Notes: a model not told the origin generated them from the sequence alone. 64,000 nucleotides of DNA from an uncultured bacterium (GCA_963713855.1 OY970209.1:1216001-1280000); one strand, 5' to 3'; positions 29,837-39,842 are shown, counted from the stretch's first letter. Translations and numbers: made by a program.

Positions 29837-31834
29837 ATGAAGTATACTACATCTGGAAAAGCTCTTGTACTAGTGCTCACCATGTATGTATTTGCTTGCA
29901 TTGTTCCTGGCAGTTATGGCCAAGCACCTACGCCATCGTTCTCATCGATGCCTGATTTTAAGATCAGTGACTCCGAATTAAACAGCTTAGTCAGCTATCT
30001 TGAAAGTCTCGATGATAAAAAGCTTGAAGAACTCGAGCAATTAACAAAAAAAACGCTCGCTGACATGGGCATCGACTACGAGACATTGGCACCATTGCCG
30101 CAAGTACCAGAAAAACCAATCGAGTTGCCCGTAGAAGAAAAAAAGCCGGAAAGCCCCGCCACAAAATCAGAGATGGCGGCAGTTTCTCCAATGCTTATAA
30201 ATAGAGCCAAAGAGATCATTAAAAACCTTATAGATGCAATAGAAGAGCTTCGTACTAAAGCTGCAACGACTTTAAGCTACGATGCTACGCTTAATAGATG
30301 GTTACCGGACCTTAATAGAATTGCATACTACCTACGCGTTGTTAATAAGGAAGTGCACTATAAACGCTTATCTGATCCAAAATTTGAGTCACTCTTTCAA
30401 GGCTTAGAAAAATTAAACAAGGCTATACGCACCTATAGCCCTACGTTATCTGCACCAATAACAAGGCCAGATAGCTACGAAGATCCTTACGAAATACTGA
30501 GTGTATCGCCATCTGCCACCAACGAAGAAATTGAAAACACCTATCAGGAACTGAGCAATTTTCAAAGTCCTAAGCTTATACAAGAACGCCTTACGCTCCA
30601 AGGTCGTAGCCAAGCAGAAATAGAAAAAGCAGTCCAAGAAGCAAGCATCAGCTTCGATTTCATAACCGATGCGTATGAAAAGCTTAAAGATCCAAAAAGC
30701 AGGAGACTCATAGATAGAGAATTACAAGCATATTATGCTGCAGAACGCACAACTTCTCGCTCACTAGAAAATGCACGGGAAGCGCTAGCCGCAAGCATAG
30801 GAGACGCCGTATTTAAAGATCAGGTGATCAACAAGCTCGAGCAGTTCTTAAAAGAATATGAACCCGCAGAACTTCAACAAAGGCAACAGATGGAAAAAGC
30901 CGAAGCACAAAGAGCTGCTGAGGCAAAAGAGATTGCAATCCACAAGGGCTACGACACGGGAAAAACTCAAATCGTAAAGACTCGCCCGACTCGCTTACCG
31001 TGGGAAGGCCTTGATTTTCTTAATCCCACCCCTCCACCATCAAGCCCAAAAGCACCAGCACAACCAAAAGAAATAACACCAACACCAGAAAAAGGTGCAG
31101 CTTCAGAGGCTAAAAAACCTACTCCTAAAGGAGGGGGAGGTAAAGGTGGAAAGAAAGAGGAAAAAAAGGACAAGGACAAGGGCGAAGACAAAGATAAAGA
31201 CAAAGAAAAAAAAGAGGATAAAGACGAGAAGGGCAAGAAAAAAGACGAAAAAAAGGACAAGGATAAAGATAAAGATAAGAAAAAAGAAGAACTTTTTGAC
31301 GTACTTGCTCTACAGATTCTTGAACTTGACGAATCATTATCGCGCTTTAATCAAAAATTTGACAGAGATTTCTTTCTACAGGCTCAAATTAAACAAACTC
31401 CAATAGAAAAGCTTGCTCCTGACTTACAAACTTTTAGTAAGGCATCCAATCTTGAAGAAATAAATAAAAAGCTAGAATCTCTCCTTAAAAGCTTGGAAAA
31501 AGCAGAAGAACGAAAACTTAAGCAATACAAAACTCTTTGGAAAGAAATAGAAAAGACCGTAAAAGCGTTCAAGGCAAATCTAGCTCTTGCCGATCAGACA
31601 GGCAGGACATACGTAATGCCTGAGGAACTGATGCCTAAAACGGGACCAGTAAAAGATGCTGTTACAGCTATCAAGCTCTTTGGCAAAACAATCGATAATC
31701 TAACAAAGGTCGATACTTTTATTAACGAAGCCAAAGCCAAGGCCCAAAAACAAGATGAGCAAAAAAAAGAGGGCAAAGAGGAAAAAAAGCCTAGCTTTCT
31801 TGATCAAATGAGAGGTATGCAAAAAACCTCATAA
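29837..31834 (+). CDS. Secreted coiled-coil protein with J-like (DnaJ) domain and Lys/Asp/Glu-rich tract
   Basis: AAGGAG RBS; signal peptide; DPYEILSVSPSATNEEI...FDFITDAYEKLKDPKSR; no HPD motif. Confidence 0.7.
   Translation: MKYTTSGKALVLVLTMYVFACIVPGSYGQAPTPSFSSMPDFKISDSELNSLVSYLESLDDKKLEELEQLTKKTLADMGIDYETLAPLPQVPEKPIELPVEEKKPESPATKSEMAAVSPMLINRAKEIIKNLIDAIEELRTKAATTLSYDATLNRWLPDLNRIAYYLRVVNKEVHYKRLSDPKFESLFQGLEKLNKAIRTYSPTLSAPITRPDSYEDPYEILSVSPSATNEEIENTYQELSNFQSPKLIQERLTLQGRSQAEIEKAVQEASISFDFITDAYEKLKDPKSRRLIDRELQAYYAAERTTSRSLENAREALAASIGDAVFKDQVINKLEQFLKEYEPAELQQRQQMEKAEAQRAAEAKEIAIHKGYDTGKTQIVKTRPTRLPWEGLDFLNPTPPPSSPKAPAQPKEITPTPEKGAASEAKKPTPKGGGGKGGKKEEKKDKDKGEDKDKDKEKKEDKDEKGKKKDEKKDKDKDKDKKKEELFDVLALQILELDESLSRFNQKFDRDFFLQAQIKQTPIEKLAPDLQTFSKASNLEEINKKLESLLKSLEKAEERKLKQYKTLWKEIEKTVKAFKANLALADQTGRTYVMPEELMPKTGPVKDAVTAIKLFGKTIDNLTKVDTFINEAKAKAQKQDEQKKEGKEEKKPSFLDQMRGMQKTS
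31140..31290 (+). repeat. Low-complexity purine-rich coding repeat (KKDKDK-type)
   Basis: Repeated AAGGACAAG/AAAGATAAAG units encoding KKEEKKDKDKGEDKDKDKEKK... Confidence 0.8.
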
Positions 31835-31929
31835 GATTGCCAAATTCAACTTGTCCATGCATTGATTGTTGCTCTATAGAGCTCAAAAACGGTACACTAA
31901 CCACCGACAATGGCTGATAGAAAGGATAC

Positions 31930-32841
31930 TTGGTGCGCTTTGGCAAAATCGTTTTAGCTATCATAAGCACGTTCTGTCCATCATTCTCAGGAGGTTTTGT
32001 CGAGCTTTCATGTAAAGATTGGAAATTAGAACGCAGATTGGAAAAAGAATGGAGCTCTTTAGCTTTTCTTAAAAGAAATAATGAAGAACAAGCAATACTA
32101 AAGCAGTTAAAGGGTCACCCGGTACGGTTTATCAGCAACTTAGTAGCCGATGACGTTGGTGCTTTTATCGCGCAATCAGCTCATATACTTAGTAATCGGG
32201 TCTCCATCGTGCCAGATCACCATGCCTGTATGTATAAAACTATGGCACATCAGCCCGCTTCTCTTCACTCGTTTATAGGCGGGCATACACTGGAACAAAA
32301 TCCAGGAAAAATACGTAAGAGTATTGTGCAACTCACATTCATTGGAAACCAACGAATTCATGGACTAACCCGTCATGGCATTAATGCCATGACCGCGCAT
32401 CCGGATCTTCCAAATATTGCGGCTATAGATACCTTCATGGGTAATACTGATAGGCTACCTAAAAACATCATACATAATAAGAGTACAAATCGCTTATATG
32501 CAATCGATTTTACCTTGGCATTTAGCACCAATCTGGCACGTCATACCATAAAACATTTAAGGTCACTTTTACGAAAAAAGGTGCATTTTAATCAATCAGA
32601 GCTCAAAGCTTTAAAAACCTATAAGAGCACACTAAAATATCTCCTTACGATACATACGCCACATTCTTTAGAAACTCGCATACATGAGTCACTCCAGGAA
32701 ACTGGCTTTTTAAGCAATAAACACTACTCAAGTTCCACTAAAAAAGCCGTGACCCAAAAGATCAATCAATATAAGCAAATAACGAGAGAAAGCTTTGTAA
32801 GTTCACAGGAGCTTGTGTCTCTTTTAGATACAGTAAGCTAG
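31930..32841 (+). CDS. HipA-like / PI3-PI4-kinase-like protein with putative signal peptide
   Basis: AILKQ (ATP Lys), DTFMGNTDRLPKNII catalytic loop, YAIDFTLAF Mg-binding motif. Confidence 0.7.
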   Translation: MVRFGKIVLAIISTFCPSFSGGFVELSCKDWKLERRLEKEWSSLAFLKRNNEEQAILKQLKGHPVRFISNLVADDVGAFIAQSAHILSNRVSIVPDHHACMYKTMAHQPASLHSFIGGHTLEQNPGKIRKSIVQLTFIGNQRIHGLTRHGINAMTAHPDLPNIAAIDTFMGNTDRLPKNIIHNKSTNRLYAIDFTLAFSTNLARHTIKHLRSLLRKKVHFNQSELKALKTYKSTLKYLLTIHTPHSLETRIHESLQETGFLSNKHYSSSTKKAVTQKINQYKQITRESFVSSQELVSLLDTVS

Positions 32842-32873
32842 TTTCAGCCCCCAAGTAAAAATGAGAGAAGCAT

Positions 32874-33134
32874 GCGCCTACGCGGCATCATAAGAGTCAT
32901 AGTATTGACTCTTATGAAAGGGCTCATAAGCCTGTACACAGGCTTTATGACCCTTGACCCGCACCCTGCTTAAACTTTTTATGTTTGTTTAATATACCAG
33001 AAAGGATTTCCTTTCTGGTATATGTGCAATGAGATAGACCGGATTTTCCGGTCTATCTCATACACAATAAGTATGTAACATGCATAACAAGCAACAGGTG
33101 CAGGACAATGTCCTGCCGCGCGCCGCGTAGGCGC
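32874..33134. repeat. Palindromic non-coding element with 13-bp terminal inverted repeats and five internal hairpins
   Basis: GCGCCTACGCGGC (32874-32886) / GCCGCGTAGGCGC (33122-33134); stems at 32888-32917, 32918-32955, 32992-33023, 33029-33061, 33100-33116. Confidence 0.85.
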
Positions 33135-33169
33135 CTATTCCTCTTTGGATTACTATTTAGGAGCAGAAT

Positions 33170-36061
33170 CTAATCATTTTTTAAAGGGCTATCGCCCAGT
33201 GCTTTAACGATGGGATAGCAGCGATGGCAAAGCTCAAACGGCCTTTTTCCGGTATCCCAATTCCAACAACGAGGACACTTAACTCCTTCAGCGTGATCTA
33301 TTTGCGCAAAAAGTCCTGCATAGTCCGATTCTGATAGAGATCCTTTATCATGAGTAACTGTTACAAAAGAAACGATAAAAAATTCTCTAAAGAAATCTTC
33401 CAATGTTTGGCCCGTTGCTGCTAAGCTATGCACAAATTGCTCAAAGAGGGCATTGCTCATAAGTTCCTGACCAAAATAAAGCGTTACATGGGCTTCTAAT
33501 GAGTGCTTAATAAGGCCTTTTTCACGTTGCACTTCAATCGCCTTCAGTACAGCAGAGCGAACTTTACGTAAAAGCTCCCACATCTCGATAGTGGTGTTGC
33601 CTCGTGCTAAAAATTCGAATGACTCTGCGATTGGCTCAGTGTTTAGAGGTTCTTCTGAAAGCCATGGTGCAGGGGGGTTAAAAAAGCTCTGCAAATGAAT
33701 TGAGCAATCTTTATCTTTTTGATAAGCATCACTCAAATATTCAGCGGTAAAGGACAAAATAGGAGCCATAATCTTTGTAAGCATGTCAAGAAGGTACCAA
33801 CACACAGTTTGAGCTGAGCGGCGCTTGTGCCCAGCAGCACTTTCAACATAGAGCCTGTCTTTAACGAGGTCCAAGTACCACGAGCTTAGGTACACCGTAG
33901 TAAAATCAGCAAGCGAGTGAAAAACTCCTGTAAAATGGCCAGAGGCATAATGGCTTTGCATAAGCCGATTAAAAAGAACGGCATAATTCAAAATACCTCG
34001 ATCGACAAGCATTAGCGAATCGAATGGCAAAGCATCTTTTTTAACGTCAAAGTCGTAAAGGTTTGAAAGCAAAAATCGAGAAGTGTTTCGAATTTTGCGG
34101 TACACTTCTGCCACGTTCTGTAAAAGATTTTGAGAAATAACAGCATCTCCCTCATGCCCCACGCTTGCTACCCAAAGCCGCAAACCGTCAGTTCCGATTT
34201 GCTTGATAATTTCTTCAGGAGCAATAACATTGCCCAAGGACTTAGACATCTTTTGGCCTTTTCCATCGACGGTAAAACCGTGCGTCATAATAGCCTTCAT
34301 AGGCGCGGTGCCTTCAAGTGCCAAAGCTGTTAACAATGAGCTCTGAAACCAACCACGGTGCTGATCAACACCCTCTAAGTAGAGGTCTGCTGGAAAAGAA
34401 AGTTCCGGGTTATTATAGAGCACTGCATAGTGACTGATACCGGCATCAAACCAAACATCCAATATGTCTTGCTCTTTTTTAAAGCGATTACTACCACAGT
34501 GTGAGCACGTGGTCGGGTTTTCTAAAAGAATCTCCTCAACTGATACACGATCCCAAAACTCTACACCCTCAGCTGCAACGTGATCGGCAGCGTAATTGAC
34601 AAGTGCAGGTGTGCAATAGACTGTATCACACTCAAGACATAATAGTGCGGGAATCGGAACACCCCACACACGCTGGCGTGATAGGCACCATTCCCAGCGG
34701 CTTTCAACAGTGGCTCTTAAAAAATTTCTACCTGCCGGTGGCATAAAAGTAATGCCATCCACAGCTTCCACAGCTCGCTCTTTAACACCATTATGTTGCA
34801 GATTAAAAAACCACTGCTTAGTAGCTCTAAAAATAAGCGGTGTATGGGAACGCCAACAAAAGGGATAGCTATGTACAAGCGTGGTCTTATAAAAAAGCTT
34901 TCCTTCATTAAAAAGAGCTTCCAAGACCCAGTCTTGCCCTTGACTAACCTTCATGCCCTTAAGAGATGCAGGATAAATACCTTCATCATATGCTCCATCG
35001 GGGGTTATCGGTGAATAAATTTCAAGTCCATTTTTCACACCAAGCTCATAATCGATAGGGCCGCAACCCGGAGCAATATGAACACACGCCGTACCTTCAG
35101 AAAGCCCAACAGATTCATCAAAAATGACGGGCACAGTATCTTTGCCAAAGGGTGGCTGCACATGCACTGTCGCAAAAGCTTGAGCGGGCAAGTTATCTAA
35201 AATAGTAGCTTCTTCTTGAACCATCTTTGATAAGCGCGGTAAAGTTTGAGCACCTACAACGACGAGGTTTCCTTTTAAGCGAGCAAGAACATAAGACGCA
35301 TCTGGCCTTAGGCATACTGCACGATTGAGAGGTAAGGTCCAGGGAGTGGTCGTCCAAACAAGAAATGAAACAGTTTCATCGGTCTTTGGAAAGAGCTTTT
35401 GCTTGCTCTTTGCATCAAAGGGAAAAAGAACATATGCCGATGGGTCCTTACGGTCCTTATACTCGATTTCAGCTGCAGCTAAAACAGTTTTGCATTCTAA
35501 GCACCATGGCACCGTTTTGTTTTTTCGCTCAATAAAATTGCGCTCTAGTAAAACCCCAAAAGCCCGCATAGTCTTAGATTCGTAGGATGGATCCATCGTC
35601 AAATAGGGATGCGCCCAGTCCATCAAAATACCTAAACGCTTAAATTCCTCCCTTTGCACGTTGATCCAGTGACTCGCATAAGCACGGCATGCTCTTTTAA
35701 GCTCTAAATCGCTTGCACACTTTTTTTCCTGAAGCACCTTGATTTCAATAGGCAATCCATGACAGTCCCAGCCAGGCTTTAAAGGTGTGTGAAAACCGGA
35801 CATACGACGGCCCTTGGTCATAATGTCTTTCAAGATGCCATTATAAGCATGTCCTAAATGGAGATGTCCATTTGCATAAGGTGGACCATCATGCAGTACA
35901 TAAGACGCCAAACCCTGATGCAACCTATAACTTTTTTCATAGAGATCTTCTTCTTGCCAACGGGCAATAAGCGCAGGATCATCAATAGCAGCATTAGGCC
36001 TCATGGGAAATTCCGTCCGTGGAAGATTAAGAGTGTCCTTAAAGCTAACCTCTTTCGACAT
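33170..36061 (-). CDS. ileS: Isoleucine--tRNA ligase (type 1)
   Basis: FKDTLNLP, HDGPPYANG-HLGH, GWDCHGLPIE, WTTTPWT, KMSKS, C-terminal CPRCW zinc finger; likely start MSKEVSF. Confidence 0.98.
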   Translation of the reverse strand: MSKEVSFKDTLNLPRTEFPMRPNAAIDDPALIARWQEEDLYEKSYRLHQGLASYVLHDGPPYANGHLHLGHAYNGILKDIMTKGRRMSGFHTPLKPGWDCHGLPIEIKVLQEKKCASDLELKRACRAYASHWINVQREEFKRLGILMDWAHPYLTMDPSYESKTMRAFGVLLERNFIERKNKTVPWCLECKTVLAAAEIEYKDRKDPSAYVLFPFDAKSKQKLFPKTDETVSFLVWTTTPWTLPLNRAVCLRPDASYVLARLKGNLVVVGAQTLPRLSKMVQEEATILDNLPAQAFATVHVQPPFGKDTVPVIFDESVGLSEGTACVHIAPGCGPIDYELGVKNGLEIYSPITPDGAYDEGIYPASLKGMKVSQGQDWVLEALFNEGKLFYKTTLVHSYPFCWRSHTPLIFRATKQWFFNLQHNGVKERAVEAVDGITFMPPAGRNFLRATVESRWEWCLSRQRVWGVPIPALLCLECDTVYCTPALVNYAADHVAAEGVEFWDRVSVEEILLENPTTCSHCGSNRFKKEQDILDVWFDAGISHYAVLYNNPELSFPADLYLEGVDQHRGWFQSSLLTALALEGTAPMKAIMTHGFTVDGKGQKMSKSLGNVIAPEEIIKQIGTDGLRLWVASVGHEGDAVISQNLLQNVAEVYRKIRNTSRFLLSNLYDFDVKKDALPFDSLMLVDRGILNYAVLFNRLMQSHYASGHFTGVFHSLADFTTVYLSSWYLDLVKDRLYVESAAGHKRRSAQTVCWYLLDMLTKIMAPILSFTAEYLSDAYQKDKDCSIHLQSFFNPPAPWLSEEPLNTEPIAESFEFLARGNTTIEMWELLRKVRSAVLKAIEVQREKGLIKHSLEAHVTLYFGQELMSNALFEQFVHSLAATGQTLEDFFREFFIVSFVTVTHDKGSLSESDYAGLFAQIDHAEGVKCPRCWNWDTGKRPFELCHRCYPIVKALGDSPLKND

Positions 36062-36267
36062 GATGATCCTTTCTTCAAGTCTTAGATTTCTATTTCTTTT
36101 AGAGTACCGTAAGGCCTCAAAAAGCGCAAATAAGCCACTGACCGCAAAGGTCGTCAAAAATTCAGTTTTTGGCAAAGACCTTCTGCCACTCTTCAAGTCT
36201 TGCTTTTTATGAATAATTTCTGCTATAAATAAATTTAATAACATGAGGGTAAAAAAAGGAGAACTAT

Positions 36268-36702
36268 ATGTATAAGAACATGACAGCAGCATTCTTGCTT
36301 ACTATATGCTGTTTTTCCAGCGCTCTTTTTGCGCAAACTGCTCCGTATATGGGCCAGGGACCTGACGGAGACTATGACCCCGAGCAAGGCGCGTATATGG
36401 ATGCCAACCAGCCCCAGGAAGCAATTGCTGTAGAGGGAGTCGCTTATCCGGGCGCCGTAGGCGTTTACCCAGGCTATGCAAGAACTGCAAGAGGTGCAAG
36501 AGCCGCTAGATATGGTATGCAAGAAAGACGCTCGGATAGAGGGCACGGTCCTCGACGCATGGGCCAAGGCCAAAGAAGGGGTACGCAAAGTCGCCCAACA
36601 CAAATGAATAGAACACGTGGCCAGTGGATGAGACGAGATACGCCTTATGGAAGTTCTTTCAATAGAAGAACACACGCTTATCATAGAGGGTACCGCGGGT
36701 AA
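36268..36702 (+). CDS. Secreted low-complexity Gly/Tyr/Arg-rich protein
   Basis: AGGAG RBS; signal peptide ending LFA; acidic N-half, Arg/Gly-rich C-half. Confidence 0.65.
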   Translation: MYKNMTAAFLLTICCFSSALFAQTAPYMGQGPDGDYDPEQGAYMDANQPQEAIAVEGVAYPGAVGVYPGYARTARGARAARYGMQERRSDRGHGPRRMGQGQRRGTQSRPTQMNRTRGQWMRRDTPYGSSFNRRTHAYHRGYRG

Positions 36703-36713
36703 ATTAATGTTAG

Positions 36714-37322
36714 CTACCAAATCACATCGAGGGGAGGTAGTTTGTCGGCGTCATAACGAGCATATATGACAGTGTTTGCTAAAGCCGCAGATTGCAGCTT
36801 GCGCCTATGCCGCCTCAAAATGCCTTCCTCTACGAATGAAAGCGCCTCAGGAATTCGCCGACTTTTTATATTATCCTCATCGCACTTGATTTCAACGCGT
36901 ACGGCATTAAGCTCTTTTAATGCATAGAGCAGTAAAGCATGAGTAGATTCTATAGCAATGCCTTTACCACTATAAGAAGTACGTACCCAATATCCTATCT
37001 CACATCGTGGCAAAGACCAATCAATCTTGTGAAGGCCAGTTTCCCCGATGTAATTACCAGTTATTCTATCAAAAATACAAAAAGGCAAATCCTCACGTGA
37101 AAGCCAACGTGAGTACATGATTTGCAAATTCTCTTCTGTTTCTTCCAATGTGGGCCTATGATCAGCCCAATCAAGCCATTTTGACAGCCGATCAAACGAC
37201 TCTAAGATCGCCTCATTAACAACAGGGGCATCTTTAACATGCGGTGGTCTTAAAATAAGACGAGGCGTTTTTATGGGAATTGGAAGATCAAGAAAAAGAG
37301 GATTTAAAGCCATAAAATTCAT
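36714..37322 (-). CDS. RimJ/RimL-family GNAT N-acetyltransferase
   Basis: TPRLILRP, EIGYWVR, GKGIA, NIKSRRIPEALSFVEEG. Confidence 0.9.
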   Translation of the reverse strand: MNFMALNPLFLDLPIPIKTPRLILRPPHVKDAPVVNEAILESFDRLSKWLDWADHRPTLEETEENLQIMYSRWLSREDLPFCIFDRITGNYIGETGLHKIDWSLPRCEIGYWVRTSYSGKGIAIESTHALLLYALKELNAVRVEIKCDEDNIKSRRIPEALSFVEEGILRRHRRKLQSAALANTVIYARYDADKLPPLDVIW

Positions 37323-37381
37323 ATACAGTTACCGAATAAAACGTAGTATAGCACGGCACTCATTCTTCCTCCAGTAAACGT

Positions 37382-37436
37382 AATTTATCGATATTCGATA
37401 TAAATTTATTGAATTTCGATAATTTTGTGCTAGACT
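37382..37436 (+). promoter_or_regulatory. Tandem palindromic operators overlapping a promoter
   Basis: AATTTATCG-ATATT-CGATA (37382) and AATTTATTG-AATTT-CGATA (37403), 21 bp apart; TTGAAT...TG-C-TAGACT extended -10. Confidence 0.65.
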
Positions 37437-37472
37437 TATTCATGTAATTTATTTTTTTCTCTTACTTTTAGG

Positions 37473-37991
37473 ATGTGTATGACTTCAATTCAGAAATATG
37501 CGACCGTTTTTAAATGGTTTTTAGTAACGTGTGGAACTCTCATTGCTATACTCTTTACTATCAGCCTTTTTATGGGAATCAGCGGTCATTCGTATACGTT
37601 TTTAGCATCAGGCGATGGTTATTCGTCGGCGACGACGGTGAGCTTACCGCGTCCAATCGAAGGCGTTAACGCACTGGTACATTTTGGATTTTTGGTGATG
37701 GGATTAGTTTACGCGTATTACTTGACCAAAGAACTTCAAAAAGGAAATGCGTTTTCCAGACTCGTAATAAAATTTCTGAAAAAAATAAGCACCTTATTAC
37801 TAGCAGCAGGTCTCTATAATTTGATAATGAGCATCCTTGTATGCATAACTACTTATATAAACTCTGGTTATTCTTCATTCAATCTTGCTCTAAATTTCAA
37901 CCTATTATTTTTGGGATTAGTAGTAAGATTTATTGCAGCTCTCCTGCAAGAAGGCGCAAAGCTCCAAGTAGAACAAGATCTTACAATATAG
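37473..37991 (+). CDS. DUF2975-family membrane protein
   Basis: Four TM segments, GNAFS, terminal EGAKLQVEQDLTI; paired with an HTH gene. Confidence 0.85.
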   Translation: MCMTSIQKYATVFKWFLVTCGTLIAILFTISLFMGISGHSYTFLASGDGYSSATTVSLPRPIEGVNALVHFGFLVMGLVYAYYLTKELQKGNAFSRLVIKFLKKISTLLLAAGLYNLIMSILVCITTYINSGYSSFNLALNFNLLFLGLVVRFIAALLQEGAKLQVEQDLTI

Positions 37992-37998
37992 GGCCGCG

Positions 37999-38205
37999 AT
38001 GAAAATTATTGTAAAGCTTGATGAGATAATGGCACGCAAAAAAATCCGTCTTCATGAACTTGCAAGCGCTATACAGATCACGGAAGCAAATTTATCGATA
38101 CTAAAAACTGGCAAAGCTAAAGCTATCAGATTTTCAACATTACTTTCATTATGCCAGAAATTAGGCTGCCAACCGGGAGATCTACTGTCATACAATGAAG
38201 AATAG
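37999..38205 (+). CDS. YozG-like Cro/C1 (XRE) HTH transcriptional regulator
   Basis: ITEANLSILKTGKAKAIRFSTL...CQPGDLL. Confidence 0.92.
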   Translation: MKIIVKLDEIMARKKIRLHELASAIQITEANLSILKTGKAKAIRFSTLLSLCQKLGCQPGDLLSYNEE

Positions 38206-38470
38206 ATACTAAACGTTCATGATGGGACTGTTAACAGACTTCTAATATATCCTTTAAAAGCCTCTTTTATGTGGCGTACTTCTTAAACTTAGGATTAACA
38301 GAAGATAATAAGGCAAAATGTATGTTAATCCAAAGTTTGACTTTGAAATAGCATGGATAAGTAGAATAGATTTAGGCGTTCCGTTATTTTCATTAGCTTT
38401 TTTCAAAATACTCACAATGATTCTTAAATAGTGTATTCTTGGCTTTTGTGGGGTTTAAAAAAGGTTCGAC

Positions 38471-39820
38471 ATGCTTGATAATAAAAGAGGGGTTTGGGGA
38501 CTCGGCATCGTTGGTCAATCAGCTATTCGTTATTTATATAAGCATGGGCATGAGATCGGTGTGCTTGATAAGAAAATACTTACCAATCAAGAGCATATAT
38601 TTTTAAAAGAGCATGGAGCGAAATACTTTGATAGCTTTCAAGAAAAAGATTTTTTTAAAACATACCACACCATTATTCGAAGCCCAGGCATTGATATACG
38701 GCCATATGAATCACTTTCAAACACTTTCTTAAGTGAATTAGACTTATTCTACGAGGCATTCAAAAAGCCTATTATTGGTATTACTGGTACGATTGGAAAA
38801 ACCTCCGTCACACATCTTTTATCAAGCTTACTCATGCACAAAGGTCTTCGTATAGCTGTGGGAGGCAATATAGGAACTGGCGTGCTTGACCTGATCGAAA
38901 AAAATGCTGACAAAGCAGTTATTGAGCTATCAAGTTTTCAGCTTGAGCAAATTCGCCACTTTGACGCTCAACTTGCGATTATTACAAACCTCTTTCCTAA
39001 CCACTTAGACAGGCATCAAACAGTTGACGCTTATTATAGGGCTAAATACAATCTGCTCTATTACCAAAATAAGCACCATTCAGCACTCGTTTCAGCTTCG
39101 CTTTATGATCGCTTAATGCTCGAGCCTGCTATGACCGAAAAAAGAATAGCTTTTTTTAACACTCAAAAACCGCGCGGTATCTCAAGCGGTAGGCACGTAC
39201 TTTACTATTTTGATGCCTCAGGAAGACTTTGCAAAGAAGAAAATGGAAAAATCTATACGCTGATCGAGTCGTCAAAAATACCACTACTTTCGTTTAAAAC
39301 AAATTGGCTAATTATTGGTGCTGCACTAGACATGCTTGGTTACGAGATCCCCGACTTTAACGCCATTGCTTTAGAAATACCTGCTCATCGATTACAGCAT
39401 GTTGGAACAGTTGATAATATAGCATTCTACAACGATTCAAAATCAACAATACCTGAAGCAACGCTTGCAGCAATTAAAGAGCTTGAAAACAAGCCCATCA
39501 TTCTTTTGGTTGGGGGTATTGGTAAAGGTATCGATAGAGATCCTTTCATAAAAAAGCTTGCAGGTAGAGTTAAAAGCTTACACTGCTTTGGTGTTGAAGC
39601 TGAATCGCTTTTTTCCTACGCACAGAAATATAAACTTACTGCAACCAAACACAGCTCACTTGATGACGCCTTTAAAGCGAGCGTTGAAAACGCTAAAGCC
39701 CATGATCAAATACTCCTTTCACCTTCAGGCTCAAGCTTAGATCTTTTTAAAAACTACGAGGAACGGGGAATTGCTTTTGAAAAACTAGTTAAAGTATACT
39801 CCAACAGAAATCAAATCTAA
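38471..39820 (+). CDS. murD: UDP-N-acetylmuramoyl-L-alanine--D-glutamate ligase
   Basis: SPGID, GITGTIGKTS, GGNIG, ELSSFQL, NHLDRH, YNDSKST, LLSP...FKNYEERG. Confidence 0.95.
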   Translation: MLDNKRGVWGLGIVGQSAIRYLYKHGHEIGVLDKKILTNQEHIFLKEHGAKYFDSFQEKDFFKTYHTIIRSPGIDIRPYESLSNTFLSELDLFYEAFKKPIIGITGTIGKTSVTHLLSSLLMHKGLRIAVGGNIGTGVLDLIEKNADKAVIELSSFQLEQIRHFDAQLAIITNLFPNHLDRHQTVDAYYRAKYNLLYYQNKHHSALVSASLYDRLMLEPAMTEKRIAFFNTQKPRGISSGRHVLYYFDASGRLCKEENGKIYTLIESSKIPLLSFKTNWLIIGAALDMLGYEIPDFNAIALEIPAHRLQHVGTVDNIAFYNDSKSTIPEATLAAIKELENKPIILLVGGIGKGIDRDPFIKKLAGRVKSLHCFGVEAESLFSYAQKYKLTATKHSSLDDAFKASVENAKAHDQILLSPSGSSLDLFKNYEERGIAFEKLVKVYSNRNQI

Positions 39821-39842
39821 AAAGGCAGCTTAGTGAGCACTT

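Noticed and set aside
36062..36292. Long N-terminal extensions on ileS (also dnaN from 10360, thyA from 20435, pyrG from 56241)
   Set aside because: ORF-caller artefacts: family homology starts at downstream Met codons, and some extensions overlap neighbouring genes.
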